64,000 nt of DNA, taken from assembly GCF_037042905.1 (NCBI RefSeq), contig NC_087251.1, positions 17,858,001 to 17,922,000 on the forward strand. The letters are read 5' to 3'. Source of the DNA: Lytechinus pictus (Eukaryota). How positions within the stretch are numbered: the first letter of the stretch is position 1; each line of letters starts with the position of its first letter. The notes beneath the pieces are model-generated. The model was not told where the DNA came from and ran no database searches. It worked only from the letters and a program-made list of their open reading frames with translations. Positions 35,459 to 49,156 of this stretch are shown here, in pieces. The translations under genes were made by a program, and so were the position numbers.

Positions 35459-36180
35459 TACCTCGGTCACATTTGCTCTACGGTGGCCATACGGCGAGTC
35501 GAAAACAGCCGTTTTATTCAATTTTATTCAAACCACCTATATATTTAGCAGATACAAAAAAATGTTAAAGGTCAAGTCCACCCCAGGAAAATGCTGACTT
35601 GAATAAATAGAGAAAAATCAAAATAGCATTTCGCTGAAAAGTTCATCAAAATCGGATGTAAAATAAGAAAGTTATGACATTTTAAAGTTTCGCTTATTTT
35701 TCACAAAACAGTGATATGCACAACATGGTGACTCAGTCGATGATGTCCATCACTCACTATTTATTTTGTTTTTTATTGTTTGAATTATACAATATTTCAT
35801 TTTTTATAGATTTGACAATAAGGACCAACTTGACTGAACCATTTAGTATTAAATCGTTGTATCACTTGACAATGAGGAGAAAATTAGAATATTTCATATA
35901 ATGAAATACAAAAGAAATAGTGAGTGGATGACGTCATCAGTCTTCTCATTTGCACACCGACCAGGATGTGCATATAACTGTTTTGTAAAATTAAACTAAA
36001 CTTTGAAATGTCATAACTTTCTTATTTTACATCCGATTTTGATGAAATTTTCAGTGTTATTCTTGTTGGATTTTTTTCTCTTTTTATTCAAATCAACTTT
36101 TTGTTGGGGTGGACTTGTCCTTTAAAACGGCTAATTTCGACTCGCCGTACGACCGCCGTAGAACAAATGTGACCGAGGTA
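35459..36180. mobile_element. Palindromic Harbinger-type MITE (~165 bp) interrupted by a Kolobok-type MITE
   Basis: TIR TACCTCGGTCACATTTG / CAAATGTGACCGAGGTA; flanks CTA/TTA; uninterrupted copy at 56431-56592. Confidence 0.9.
35569..36121. mobile_element. Kolobok-type MITE (TTAA TSD)
   Basis: TTAA at 35565-35568 and 36122-36125; homologous to 20476-21066. Confidence 0.9.
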
Positions 36181-38507
36181 TTACAAGACCCAATTTAAAT
36201 CTAGAAACGTAACTTTTTTTTTGTTTCAAAAGATTGTTCTCCCAGTATATGGTTGTGCGGGGCCCATGGACATGATGGAAGCATCAGTCACATCTCCGTG
36301 ATAGCAGAGTGCACTGGATATCAGCACTAACAAAACTTCCAAGACTTTGATCTCAGTGATCAAGGACGTTAAATTGACCTTATATACTACACCAAGGTCA
36401 CACATATGGGTCCACTTTCGAGGCATAAACGGGAAAGACAGGAGCCCACTTTCCTTTTACATTTGGATTGTTCGTTCAGTACTCCGGTTTCTTTCATTTA
36501 TTATTATGGCCAAGTTAGATGGAAAACACTTGCATTGCACTTGTATGGCATTTCGTAGGTCGTGAAATTCTATATCAGGTCGCGTATAAAAATTAGGTTG
36601 GCCCACATCTCGATTTCTCGTCACCGTCTCGAAATATAATAATTAAAATGAATAAATAAAGGGAATCCCTTCAATTTAAATACACATTACAGACGAACAA
36701 GGAAGCTGCCCTTCATTAACAATTACCTCAGTATATGACTTATACAAATCGGACACCAGAAACTAAAATAAACCGAAAATGGATGGATTTTCGATTGAGT
36801 GGAGTCGATTACTAAGCCAATTCCTTACAGCCAAAATTTCAAATATTACACAATTAAATTCTAATATGCCAAAAAACAACACACGTGAATAATAAGTTCC
36901 CATATTCATTCACCAACAATGGGCGGAGGCAATATGAAAATCAAGAGGTCGACGTCAAAAATCTCGTAGTGGCAAAACAGAGAGAGAGAGAGAGAGGGGG
37001 AGAAATAGTCTTCGGGGGGGGGGGGTGTCTGTTGGGACCAGGAATGTGTATGTATTTGGTTGATCGGTTTCGGTTTACATTACCCCAGGGGTTTGTCCTC
37101 ACCATGTCCTCACGATGCGGAAGCAAATCAAGGTAAAACAGCTTCCTCATGACTTCTTGATAAAGTCCACCTTTTCTAGAAAGCCTGTACTACTTTAGTT
37201 TGTTGTTTTTTTTTGTCCGTCCTGTCATCTTATTTTTAGGTCATGTTTAATTTCATCTCCAGGATCTACAAAATAATATAACGGTTACTTGTTATGCATT
37301 CATTTTATTATCACTTTCAAAAGCAGTTCATTTATTATGTTATGGATATTTTTTTAAGTTATTGATTTCAGGGGGGCGACAAACATTTTCTTCCTGTACA
37401 GAATATAAGCAGTGAAGCTTTAAAACCATATCCATCGTATCACATAGGCCCTATCTTATACAACAAACACAATCTCGGGGGCGGGGTAGTCCCTGATTGG
37501 GAGTCAAATGCAGACAAACTATACCAGAAAGGTCAATTGCGTTCTCTATCAATGCTAATGCCATCACTCTTTCGTACTATAAAACTCAAAATGATATTTG
37601 TGTCAAATAAGGCATGCCTATTATGTGGTCAGACAAAACTCTGATGACGGTCTCCATTTTAATTTCCGAAGGGCAAGTCAATACCTTCAATTCATAACCA
37701 CACCTGTGACTCTGTCCGTCCAGAATAAAATAAAACCAAGGTCTCGGCATGAGGCTAAGAAAGGTGCTGAGTAGTCAACCACAACGAGCTGTGGAAAACA
37801 AGGGGCTTAGTTTCGAAGGTCTAAGGTTAGTGGAAAATTGGTGGTGGAATGTGTCTGGTGTGGTAGACGCTTCTCGATCCCCCAGGGAGCTGTCCTCAGC
37901 GTGTCCTCAGAATCTAAAGTGGGATACGAGATTTTTGAATTCGACAAGAAAACTTGTTTTGATGTGTGTGTCCTAGTGGACAAACTGCTCAGTGAAGTAC
38001 TTGGGCGACTGGATTACAGGGCAGAAACATGCTAGAAACAGTTGTAACCTGAAATAGATTTCGTTTTCATGTTTTTATTATTGTGGCAAATTGATAAATT
38101 ACTGAAATTGTATATCCAAACTCTCTTCTCTCCCTCGCACTCTCTCCCCATCACAGATGTTGTTTTCTATATTAGTCCATGGACAATAGGTCCATGATTA
38201 GTCTAATCTCTAGGCTATATTTTCCCCGTGTGCCCACACAATCTCAAAGATTTATACCACATCTGCAATGTTTACCAAGCATATCATTTCTTTTTTATGA
38301 ACCTCCCTATAAGTTGTCGTCATACGAACCCTTTCCAGCCCCAAAGCCATCAATTCCCTCACATAACCTTTATCGCTACTTTCCCGCCGTGATAAATCGT
38401 TCATTTTCAGCCATCGATCATGGGGATGGAATGCCACATGATATATTTAGTCCATCATAAATTCAGTTTTTCTTGAAAGGCGAAACCGGGCGCGCTGCTG
38501 GAGCCCC

Positions 38508-38521
38508 GTTGCCAGGGCAAC
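38508..38521. promoter_or_regulatory. RFX X-box motif (candidate)
   Basis: GTTGCCAGGGCAAC, with perfectly palindromic 6-bp half sites, in a GC/CpG-rich non-repeat patch. Confidence 0.45.
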
Positions 38522-39933
38522 TTCGCTATGCGTCCTCCCGTTTTTCTGGGTTTATGGAATGCCATCCTGGATGGGATTAATAGGTTTTGGTTATGAAAGA
38601 GGATAGGAGATCGGCAATGCGTGAGGTCGATATATCAGTATGACTGTCGAACGGGTCATTGGGTGTCTTCTACGAAATCCAATCATGTCTCATCCAGGTT
38701 CATCTCTTCTTACAAACTATCTCGTCTTTCATAAATCACTATTTTTTTATATTCGCTCTTGGAGTCTCTGCAGTATGAAATCTCTCTCGTGACACGCTAT
38801 CACAATTCTATGCATTCCCCATCAACTATTTTGTTTTTCGTCCAAATGGTGTCCGATTGAAAAACGCGATTGTATTTTGTTATACATGTAGTTGGATAGC
38901 TTTCAAGAAAATATCCCCTCATACACATGACATAGATAAGGCACTTTTTGTAGCAAATGGTGTAGTTGTGTGAATATGGAATCATTGATGCCCATCCAAC
39001 AAAGTATTTAAAAGAATAACATGTGGAAGAGCTGTTATGTGCTTAATTATTATGATGCAAGTTTCCATACGTCATAGTCTTAAGAAACGTGACAAACTCA
39101 TTCCCACAAAGCATAAAACATCGACAATGCAAAACAGAATTATTAAAAAATTTCATTGTACCCTTTACAATGCGTGTCTGGAGAAACGCGACCTCACAGA
39201 AAGTTCTGGTTCACAAGGGGGATGTAATTCTTTGTGGATATTTTTTTCCTCCGTGTTTACGATTTTAGGTTCTCATCCCCCAGTGAGGATTTTATCCTGT
39301 GTGGTCTTTGGAACCAACCCAACATGACAAGGGAAACGAACTGCTGGATATCCCAATCCGTGGTGCCTGGCACGATTTCATCTCATATTTGAGATGGACA
39401 AAGAGAGATAGGGATTGACCGAATCAACTTTGCGATCACGATGTCGATAGATAGGGGGTAGATAAGATGGGAGTTGAGGGGAAGAGAGAGAAGTGAAGGG
39501 GTGGTTGTACGAACAGAATGGGTGGCTTTTACGCTCAAAATTTAATTTTGTCCTATCAACGATGCGAACACGTTGTGACTTCAGCAAACAAAAATACAAA
39601 AAATAGAAATTCATTCATTTCTGTGTGTTATGATAATTAGATTTCGAGGGCACATCATTTTCGTATTACTTCCTTAAAAACTACACCATCATTGAAATTT
39701 GTTTTATGACAGTTTTGTTTTTCTACATTTCATCCACCTTTTGCGTGTATAACCTGGAGCGTGCGCTCCTGAAGTTTGTTTACGTAAACGAAGGGCATTT
39801 GATGAATGACCATTTACATGTCTTCCGGCCTCTAGGGAAATAATAAGAGCGAGTCGAGTCTCTTCGCCTTGGACGTGATGATGACGAGTGAAGAGCGTGT
39901 GGATGGGTGTGCGGTTCGAATGAAGAGAGACAG

Positions 39934-40060
39934 CAGGGGCCGCGGAACGGTTTAAAAATGGGGGGGGGGGGGGGGAGGGGGCTGACCATGCAAAAATCAC
40001 AATCAGTTGCTCATTTGGAAGTTGTGTACACGGTTTTGGAAAAAAAATAGTAGGGGCGTG
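39934..40060. mobile_element. hAT-like MITE, right end degenerate
   Basis: CAGGGGCCGCGGAA...poly-G...gcaaaaatcacaatca...tgtacacgg, as in 19915-20054. Confidence 0.75.
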
Positions 40061-41059
40061 AATCCGTGTTCAGAGCAGATGTTTCGGAAATGCATGCATA
40101 TCCTCGGCGTCATGAAATTGTGAAAATGAATGATATTTTAATGACGCGGGGTGGCCACAGTAAAAATGTTTATCAGACCATTCTGAATCATTCAAGCACC
40201 AGAACGTATTAAGGCAAATCTGTAGGGGGGGGTGGGCGGGGTCGTAATGTCCTGATCTTAAGACATGTTTTCTGTGGTTTTATTTCAGACTTGGAAAAAT
40301 CGCTCTGTTTTTTTTAAAGTTAAGAACAGTTAAAAAATGAGGCAAAATAATTGAGGGGACCTTTGCGGTGGATCTTTTCTGAAAAAAGCGATCACAAACA
40401 GCAAACCAAAAACTCAAAAATTTTCAATATTCTATCATAGCATGTAAAGTGTCAAAAAGGCCAGCTATTCGATTAAAATAACAGTGTTTTTTTATTTGAA
40501 AACATAATGTTGAAAAATAGAATACAATGTTTCATTATCTTGTTAATTCTGTGGATGTCCAACCCCCAGCCTCGACTATGTACATAATGTCCAGATATCT
40601 TTTTATTTCACTGACAACCCCCCCCCCCCCCTCTAAAATGCATTGATCAGATCAGATCAGCCCATCCAACCTCGAATAAAATCAGACACACCCGTAGACC
40701 AGACCAATGTGATGTATTGCATGACGGGATGACGTATGATGGTATTGTGATGTGTGTTTGGTTCTCGGAATACATAATAGGGATCAAATCAAATCCAGAA
40801 ATACCTCTGGTATGAATCATCGTCATCCTGTATTGTACTATTAAAGAACAACGGTGAGGGAATACGAGAATAGTATGTTGTGATTTGCAGCCATGCGTGT
40901 CTGTCTAGTACAGACGTCGAGTTGGGGGTTATTTAACTATATGAGTACAGGATAATCGTTTGTAAACGTGTCTCATGACCGATGGGCTATTTTGATATGT
41001 CGAAGTTATCATTGTTGGTATCATTATGATCATGATCATTATGATAAAAAAAAACATTT

Positions 41060-41412
41060 ATATAATAACAAAAAAATACTATGTCCATTGATCCATAATG
41101 GCCTTTGACCATGTTCATGTCACCTACATGTTAGACGTGTGCAAAACGATCATTCGGACTTGATTAACCTTATGTCTATGTTTCATGAACAAGACCCATA
41201 AACTTTCTATTAGTTATGATGCCAATTCAACAAATACCCCAACACGGCCAAAGTTCATTGACCTTAAATGACCTTTGATCTTGGTCATGTGACCTGAAAC
41301 ACACAATTCAGGGATACATGCTTAGTCTTAAGTCCAAGTTTCATGTTATGACAATTCCACAAATACCCCCAACACGGCCAAAGTTCATTGACCCTAAATG
41401 ACCTTGGTCATG
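41060..41412 (-). mobile_element. Partial HINE-like copy abutting the full copy
   Basis: Same internal units ('gccaaagttcattgacc.taaatgacct') without termini. Confidence 0.7.
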
Positions 41413-41414
41413 AA

Positions 41415-42468
41415 AACAAGTGGAACGCCTCTGGCAGTCTCGCCTGTATTACGCAATGCGATATAGAAGCAGTGCTTCCTTTGAAAATAGCTAATGAATA
41501 TTATTCACAGAAGAAAACACTAATATGATAATAAAATATCATGCCCATTGACCCAAAATGACCTTTGACCATGATCATGTGACCTAAGACATGTGCAAAA
41601 CAATCATTCATACTTGATTATCCTTATGTCGATGTTTCATGAGCTAGATCCATAAACCTCCTTAGTTATGATGCCAATTCAACACATACTCCCAAAACAG
41701 CCATAGTTCATTGACCTTTAAATGACCTTTGATCTTGGCCATGTTCCTGAAATACATACAGGGTATTCAGGGATACACTGCTGCTCTTATGTCCAAGTTT
41801 CATGAACTAGATCCATAGACTTTTAAAGTTATGATGACAATTCCACAAATACCCCCTACATTACCAAAGTTTGTTGACCCTAAATTACCTTTGACCTTGG
41901 TCATGTGACCTGAAACTCGCACATGATATTCAGGGATACATGTTTGCTCTTATGTCCAAGTTTCATGAACTAGATCCATAAAATTTCAAAGTTATAATGA
42001 CAATTCCTCAAATAACCCTAACATGGCCAAAGTTCATTGACCGTAAGTGACATTTGACCTTAATCATGTGACCTAAAACTCAGGCAGGATCTTCAGTGAT
42101 ATACTATTACCCTTATGTCTACGTTTTATGAACTAGGTCCATATACTTTCGAAGTTATGACAACATTTCAAAAACTTAACCTTGGTTAAGATTTCGATAT
42201 TGATTGCCCTAACATGGTCTAAGTTCATTGACCCTAAAATTAAATGACCTTTGACCTTGGTCATGTGACCCGAGACTCAGGCAGGATGTTCAGTAATACT
42301 TGATTACCCTTATGTCCAAGTTTTATGAACTAGGTCCATATACTTTCTAAGTTATGATGACATTTCAAAAACTTAACCTTGGTTAAGATTTCAATGTTGA
42401 CGACGCCGCCGCCGTCGGAAAAGCGGCGCCTATAGTCTCGCTCTGCTATGCAGGCGAGACAAAAAAAA
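41415..42468 (-). mobile_element. Complete HINE/Helentron-like (DINE-1-type) non-autonomous element
   Basis: Subterminal inverted repeats GTCTCGCCTG (41437-41446) / CAGGCGAGAC (42451-42460); terminal hairpin gtctcgc...gcgagac; adjacent (GCC)n microsatellite; ~160-200 bp internal tandem units; ends ...CTTGTT on minus strand; T-run at the other end; no TSD. Confidence 0.8.
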
Positions 42469-45400
42469 CACAGACTACTCATATTTGAATATTCAACTTA
42501 TCAGGGGGCCATTGAAGAAATTTCTGTTTATAAAAAATGATAAGAACTTTCGTATAGAATCTAGAAATCATCCGAACAAAAATCTGTCACTATAAGTGTC
42601 CATCCGACAAGGAAGCTATTTTGAGAGTGTACTTGTTTCATTCGTTGTAGGTGATTAAATAATCACAGTTAGGCACGTGGCATTTAGTCAGTGGTCGAAT
42701 GCATGCCCCCCACCCTTACAACATAATTATGAAGAAAAAAAAGTAAGCCATCGATAAACTAAGTCACGAACAGCAATTAACCAATTATACTTTCGTCTTC
42801 AAATCCAGCGTAGGAAATTAATTAGCTGTACGGAAGAGAATCTTAAGGTCATTTATTTTTAGGGCTATTTTACTGACAAGGGGCGGTTTAGCTACGACTG
42901 AACCTCGCATGAATAACGGCGCCCCAATTTTTCATGGCACTTAGCAACCACTTTATCATCGAGAAAAAAAAATCCTTCGAATCATACTACACACGAAGAG
43001 ACATTGATAAATTAAACTTCACTCTGGCTCATTGGCGAGGTCATGAGTAGTTAAAAAGTTGAAAGAAAATAAAATAATCAAAAATTAAGAAGGAAGTAGA
43101 CGATGTCATAAGCATTAATCTCTCATGGGGGGGGGGGTGTTCTTAATTACGGTTCGACGTAACTATGCCATGAGTAATTCTGTACTATTTGGTCAAAATT
43201 GTGTTTCATAGTGGTATGGTACTTTTGGTCGCTCATGAATACAATCAATACACAGATTGAAAATTGAAATACACATTGCTTGCATACAACTATATATTTT
43301 TAATATTTTGGAAAAATTATTTATTTTCAAAAAATCTAGTTATTTAGATTTCCCCATGTATCACATAAATGCGATTTGGGGCGACGAGTTGAGTTGATAG
43401 CTAGTAATAAGATGTGGAAGGAACACGAAGGAATTCTCCTTGGAAAGAATTCGAAAGACGGTATAACCTGACATCCCCGGCTGACATCATCGAGGAAAGG
43501 GGTCAAAGGACTGTTGTATGAAATCGTAACAAGGAAAGTAAATGAAAAAATGAAACCTTGATACTAGCAAGATGCATATGATATTCACAGACTGACAAGA
43601 GTGTGAGTCACACATGACACCTGATAGGATTTTGGTTTCTATTCTCTCTCATATACACGTTCTTTATACTACTTGATTCTAGTAGTTCTTACGTCCAAAA
43701 GGTTAGAACTGCATATATTTGTAATTCGATATGTCAGTGAGCCTTTGGTACGATATTACTCATGAGGATGCGTTACCTGGTGCATTCTTAACCATTTTAC
43801 TTACTAAAAAGGTCATGAAGGTTGGTGAATCGGTCCATATTATTATCCCATCTTCCGCATTTATGTTAACTGTCCCGTGTAGGAGTAAAAACTAGAATGA
43901 AATAAATGCACCTAAATCGGGCATTTGTTAATATTTTAATGAAAATGGTTCCTCGCATTGCGCGAGTGTATGATTTGTTTTCTTTGTATTATGAATAAGA
44001 TGTCAACAGTAAGTCGCAATAAGAAATCTATTAATTTTTTTTTTTTTTGGGGGGGGGGGTTAATCTTGTATGATATTTTCTGTAACCGGTTCTACAAGTA
44101 GGATTCTGTGATTTTCTGTCCCGCCAAACGAAAATGAAAATTATTACGTTTTCTCCGTCTCGTACTCCTTGTACTTTCTCCCTCACTCAAGATTATTTTC
44201 TTCCAACAAAATTTCACTCTCTCCACTCAATCTCTATTTTCCATGGCATGTTTTGTTCTCCCTTTTCGCCATCTCGCCCTTACTATTTCACTATCTTTTT
44301 GACTCTCAAACCCATTCTACCTCTTTGCTCGCCCCCAATCCTCCTCCCCTCTCTCTCCTCACATGTGCCACATAACCACTTTTTTCAGTAATCTGTGCAA
44401 AGAAAGTAAAACGATCATCTTATTGCTTGGTCAGCCTCCCCCTTCAAAACCGTTCCGCGACCCCTGCTTCTCATCTTCTACCCCTCCATCGAAACCGTGT
44501 CAAATTTCCTCTCTCATACATCATGAATATCTTTCAAACGACACAGTGAACAACACCATATGCTTCCTCAAAACATTGGATCCAAAATATCAAATCTAGG
44601 TCGATTCGATTCTGTATATCAGCCAAAGTAATGACGTCAGTTTAAACAGACAGTTGGCAATTACTCATATGACAACTTCGCAGAAATGACTACTCAATGA
44701 TGAAAGGACAGTGTTGGCAAACGAGCAAGCAAATTTGTCTTTATCAGCTTTAAAGCTTTACATTGCCCAAAATGTTCAATAATGAAACTAAGTTCAAAGG
44801 AAAATTTCTTTTCTTTTTAAACGGAATTCAATTATGATTTTAAATTTTATATTCTTCAGTGTGTGCGGTGTTCTCTCACTTTAAACTAACTTTATAAAAA
44901 AAAACACCGTCCGCATTCGATTTCGTCTAAAAATCAATAACAGAATGAGAAGCCAGAAATATACGGTATTTTTCTCGTTTCATGTTTCCACACGTGCTAT
45001 ACTGTAAATTGAACCTATCAATAATACCGTACGATATTCTCTTACCCGTCTTATATGAACTATATATATATCCTGTTTAGAGTTACTACACGTGCAGGAT
45101 TGTAAATTGGATCGGGATATATCGCATTTTCGCCCCTTATTGAATGCTGACGAGGAAGGTTAGTGTGGACTACGAAATAACATGTGGCCCTCTAGAGCAC
45201 GTGTCGTAGAGATTAGTTTCCTCAAGCACGTTACTATTTCCGAATAGCACACTGTTGTGCGTCATATCATATGTCGTTTTGATAAAGAGGAACTTGTGGA
45301 TAACAGATAAATGGGGAAAAGAAATCACAAATGTGAAACAAAACGAAAAAATGAGGAGAAGAATGGAATGCACGCCTACTGATAGGGGGCCTAAGTAAAG

Positions 45401-46041
45401 CGAAAACAAATTGAAGGGTAGTGCCAAATTGTTTCAATGCAATGCATCTTTCCTTTTTGTGGAAAACATAGTGTCGGGTTGCTATTTTCTAACGAAGTTA
45501 TTCTTGCTTGATATTACAAAATATAAATTGAATTGGGTTCTCACGGTCGACACAAACGTCAACAGTGACTAATGGTCTTTGAACTCCAAATTCTATGCTC
45601 CAGCAGTTCTGAGGGTCGACATAAAACTCGTATACGTCACAATACACACAGCATCGAGTTCGAGTAGTACAAACATCGAGTAGTACAAACCACCATACCT
45701 GAATGACATGAAATACGATTCACGAATGATATTCTCATTTCCATTCTCGTTGTTTAATTATCAACATGATAATATACGGAGTGTATACATTCAATACAAA
45801 AGTCAGACATGTTCTACGGACTTTTCGATTAACAATGCACATTAACCCGGGGACAAAAAGCACAATACGGGACAGATATATTCAAGACAAACATATTTTG
45901 CAATATTTCACAGGGTATAAAAACAATAGACTTCTGTTCATGAAACGATAGTGAAGCCACAAGAATATACTACCATTAAAAACATTGCAGTCAATGAGGG
46001 GTTTTCTTTTTAAGATATAACCTTTGAAAATGAATTGACTA

Positions 46042-46047
46042 TTTATT
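46042..46047 (-). terminator. Candidate polyadenylation signal (AATAAA) for the IRF2BP gene
   Basis: AATAAA on the minus strand ~1.1 kb after the stop codon; use is unverified and the UTR may be longer. Confidence 0.3.
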
Positions 46048-47182
46048 TTCATGATTCAAAATTCAAATATAATTTTATGAAAAAATTAAAGTTGCAGAGC
46101 CATCAATCATACGAATGCGTGTTTGAAAAAATAGTTACAATAACATAACTTTTTTTTCAAAAACACATTTATATCTTTGAGAGCTTGATATCTATACCAT
46201 TTTTATGTATTGTATCATAAAATAAATTTTGCATAATATTGAATGAGTACCCAAGTGGGAAACCGTTTCGTGAGAATAACTGTCGAAAATGTAGAGTAGT
46301 TCAATGGTTGAGAAATGTAAATGAGGGATGAATTACAATACTTCATAAGGGGAAAAGGTTCCCGAATTACGAAAGCCCCCCCCCCCCTAAAAAAAAAGGA
46401 CTAGCGAGATAAAATAATGCCAAATTCACATGAGATATTGCAGTAACAAGATTCTCTCAAGTATCAAGTATTAAGTCAATTCAATAACTAACTATTTCTC
46501 ATAACTGGTGCAAAATTTCTAAAGATATATTATTGATAGTGTTTCAATAATAAGAAATAAAAGGGCATTAGCAGACAATAGATCTCATATCCTACACAGA
46601 GTCATAATAGAAATACAATTATTCAAATACTAAACGCAGTCTTGTACTGAGAGAAAAATGTTTTATCACTTGTGTTTAATCACTTGTTTTTCGAAACGAA
46701 AAGTGTCAATAAATTGTCTAACAAAATAAAATCGTTTGCTTTTTACATGTGCTCTGTGTGACGATACAAATATCAATTGCGATTTCGATGTCTTTCCACG
46801 TCTCTATGGTATTCAAAATCAACCAAAAAACAACAACTAAACAATGGAGGGGGGGGGGAATTGAAATATTTTGCAAGGTGATAGATTTTTCTTTTTTTAA
46901 CAGACTCTGACGATTGTGATAATAGAGCTTATATCGACATTACCACAAAAATATATGCTATGTACATGTACAGCTGCATTTACAAGAAAATATACATAAA
47001 CACGTGATACTGTCCAGCAGTGACGTCATGGCAGTTTAAAGTGCTTAAAAGTGGTATCACCAATTTTCAACATATGATGCACTATATACAATCAAAACAT
47101 GAGATTCTTAAAGAAAATTATTCAAAAGAATAAAAAAGCATATTCTCATTCTGTTCTAAATGTTAAGAATATTCTTGCAAGT

Positions 47183-49156
47183 CTACGAATCCCGTTCTTT
47201 CTTAACTTTAACTTCTTCTCCGAGAATGGTAAGGATTTCTCCCTGCATAAAGGCCCATGGAGTATTGGTACCGGCTAACGGACATTTGGCTCCACTGGGA
47301 CAGTATACTTCTGACCCAGATCCCTGCTTTTTGATACTGTCCCTTGAGCAGGGGAAACAGAATTTGTGGTTGCTAACGGACGGACACTGGACAAAATGTG
47401 TGTCTTCAAGACGCTCATGGCAAAGAGTACATTTGAGGATGTTAATCATGTGCATAGAAGAGTCAGGTAGATTGGAGGTGTTCGAGGTCACACTAGCCTC
47501 TTGGCCATGAGGAACAGTAGCCTGTGACAACTCTTTACTGCGATACATAGCTCTTCTCTGTGCAGTGGTTGGAGAGTGGGGGCTACGTTGTGACTTCTCA
47601 CTGGATCCTGACGCTGGGTTGCTGGGTGGCCGCATGGAGGTTGATCCAGAATCACTCTTGTTGGTTGGCGAGGTTGGTGTGCCCAAATTGTCAGTAACAG
47701 ACATAAGAGCCGCCATGGGGGACGGACCGCCGTGGGATGAGCTACCATCAGGAGGTGTACCAGCTGAGGCAGGGTTACTCATGGGAGACGTAGCAGTACT
47801 CGGTGGGCGAGAGCCACTAAACCCACCTGCTGACATGGTCAGTTTCAGAGCTTCAGCCTGGGTCTGCATCCACTGCTGTCGCTGTTGTTGCTCCTCGGTT
47901 AGCTTCCCTTGATCACCTTCTGGAGGTTCAGGTGATGATTTCAATTTCTTGTTCTTGTGAGTAAATGAGCGTGAGGCATGGGTTGATGTCATGATAGGTA
48001 AAACTGGACAACCGGCATCAATGTAAGGTTGCGGCAAACTTTCTACGCTCACCATATCCTTGAAATAACGAACAGATTCGGGAAGCAAATCACTCAATGG
48101 TCGCCAGTCATTAGAACCATGCTTTTTCTCATATTCAAGATACTTATAACCAGAAGAAAGGCTCTTACCGATATCTTTGACACAGTCCTGATACATCTGT
48201 TTGGCAACCCCTGATGCACTTGGGTATACCTGTCCTGAGCCACTGGGATATTCAATGTATATTTTGACTTCATAGTCCAATCCAGGACGATACACAGCAT
48301 CAAAAGCAAAGACGCGACCTCGTAACGAATGATCCTTTTTAAATCTTACTTCAAAAGGTGTACACGTTGACAGAGTGGCCAAGGTTTGCCGAACAGTACT
48401 CGGCTTCTGTCCATAGGGATCGTCAACCACAGGTGTTACACGGCGTTCAGTATCAGAGTGTGAGGATGCTGAACTTTCTTTATCCTCTCTATCGCGATCT
48501 GCGAGGCTCCTTTTAGTTCCGCTACCAGGCGTGGTTGTTGGTGGTGCAGTCTTCCCTGTTGCAGAAGGTGCTACCGTATGCCTTGGGGTAAACACTGAAC
48601 TTGAAACAGGTGGTGCGTTGAGGTGGTGGAGGAGGTTGGGCGCCATGTGAGGTGCAGATACTGGTGTAAGCGAACCCCGACACAGCAGTTTTCCGTCCGC
48701 AGAGGAATCTTCACTGGATGGAAATCCAAACTTTGGGGCTGTAGAGAAATCATGAATACTTCGGGCTCGGCTGGGTTCGTGAGTGACGAATCTCTCACCA
48801 TGTATTTGTGTAGTTACGGAGCCAGGTGGATTCCTTGGCGAAGGTTCAACGTGATTTACATTTGCACTCTCCAGTGCAGATGGTCGGGGTGGTACACTCA
48901 CAGATTGAGGAGGCATCAATGGTATCTGTCCTGGCTTGTGTCCCTGGTAAGATTTTGTATCCTGGAAACTGTGTGCTCTCTTCATCTGCCGAGCCCCTTC
49001 TATCACACTTTCGATGCGATCGGCACCCTCGTAATTCACACATCCACGACAAACGGGCTCGGAGAAATCGTGCAGCAAAGCCCATGGTGCCCGAGGTAGA
49101 TCACACAGGTAACAATGCTGTCGATGCATGGCGAGATGGGATTGAGAGAGCAACAT
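47183..49156 (-). CDS. IRF2BPL: Interferon regulatory factor 2-binding protein family (IRF2BPL/EAP1-like) transcriptional co-repressor, 657 aa, uninterrupted CDS
   Basis: N-terminal C4 zinc finger [38 protein letters not shown]; central domain [10 protein letters not shown]...[31 protein letters not shown] and SPMAALMSV motifs; C-terminal [36 protein letters not shown]...PWAFMQGEI. First in-frame ATG is at 49156 (alternative 49129); the track start at 49234 is GTG. Probably co-orthologous to vertebrate IRF2BP1/2/L. Confidence 0.97.
   Translation of the reverse strand: MLLSQSHLAMHRQHCYLCDLPRAPWALLHDFSEPVCRGCVNYEGADRIESVIEGARQMKRAHSFQDTKSYQGHKPGQIPLMPPQSVSVPPRPSALESANVNHVEPSPRNPPGSVTTQIHGERFVTHEPSRARSIHDFSTAPKFGFPSSEDSSADGKLLCRGSLTPVSAPHMAPNLLHHLNAPPVSSSVFTPRHTVAPSATGKTAPPTTTPGSGTKRSLADRDREDKESSASSHSDTERRVTPVVDDPYGQKPSTVRQTLATLSTCTPFEVRFKKDHSLRGRVFAFDAVYRPGLDYEVKIYIEYPSGSGQVYPSASGVAKQMYQDCVKDIGKSLSSGYKYLEYEKKHGSNDWRPLSDLLPESVRYFKDMVSVESLPQPYIDAGCPVLPIMTSTHASRSFTHKNKKLKSSPEPPEGDQGKLTEEQQQRQQWMQTQAEALKLTMSAGGFSGSRPPSTATSPMSNPASAGTPPDGSSSHGGPSPMAALMSVTDNLGTPTSPTNKSDSGSTSMRPPSNPASGSSEKSQRSPHSPTTAQRRAMYRSKELSQATVPHGQEASVTSNTSNLPDSSMHMINILKCTLCHERLEDTHFVQCPSVSNHKFCFPCSRDSIKKQGSGSEVYCPSGAKCPLAGTNTPWAFMQGEILTILGEEVKVKKERDS

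Noticed and set aside
46255..46276. Two Su(H)-like sites (GTGGGAA, CGTGAGAA) in the IRF2BP 3' region
   Set aside because: Same orientation and wrong spacing for a paired (SPS) site.
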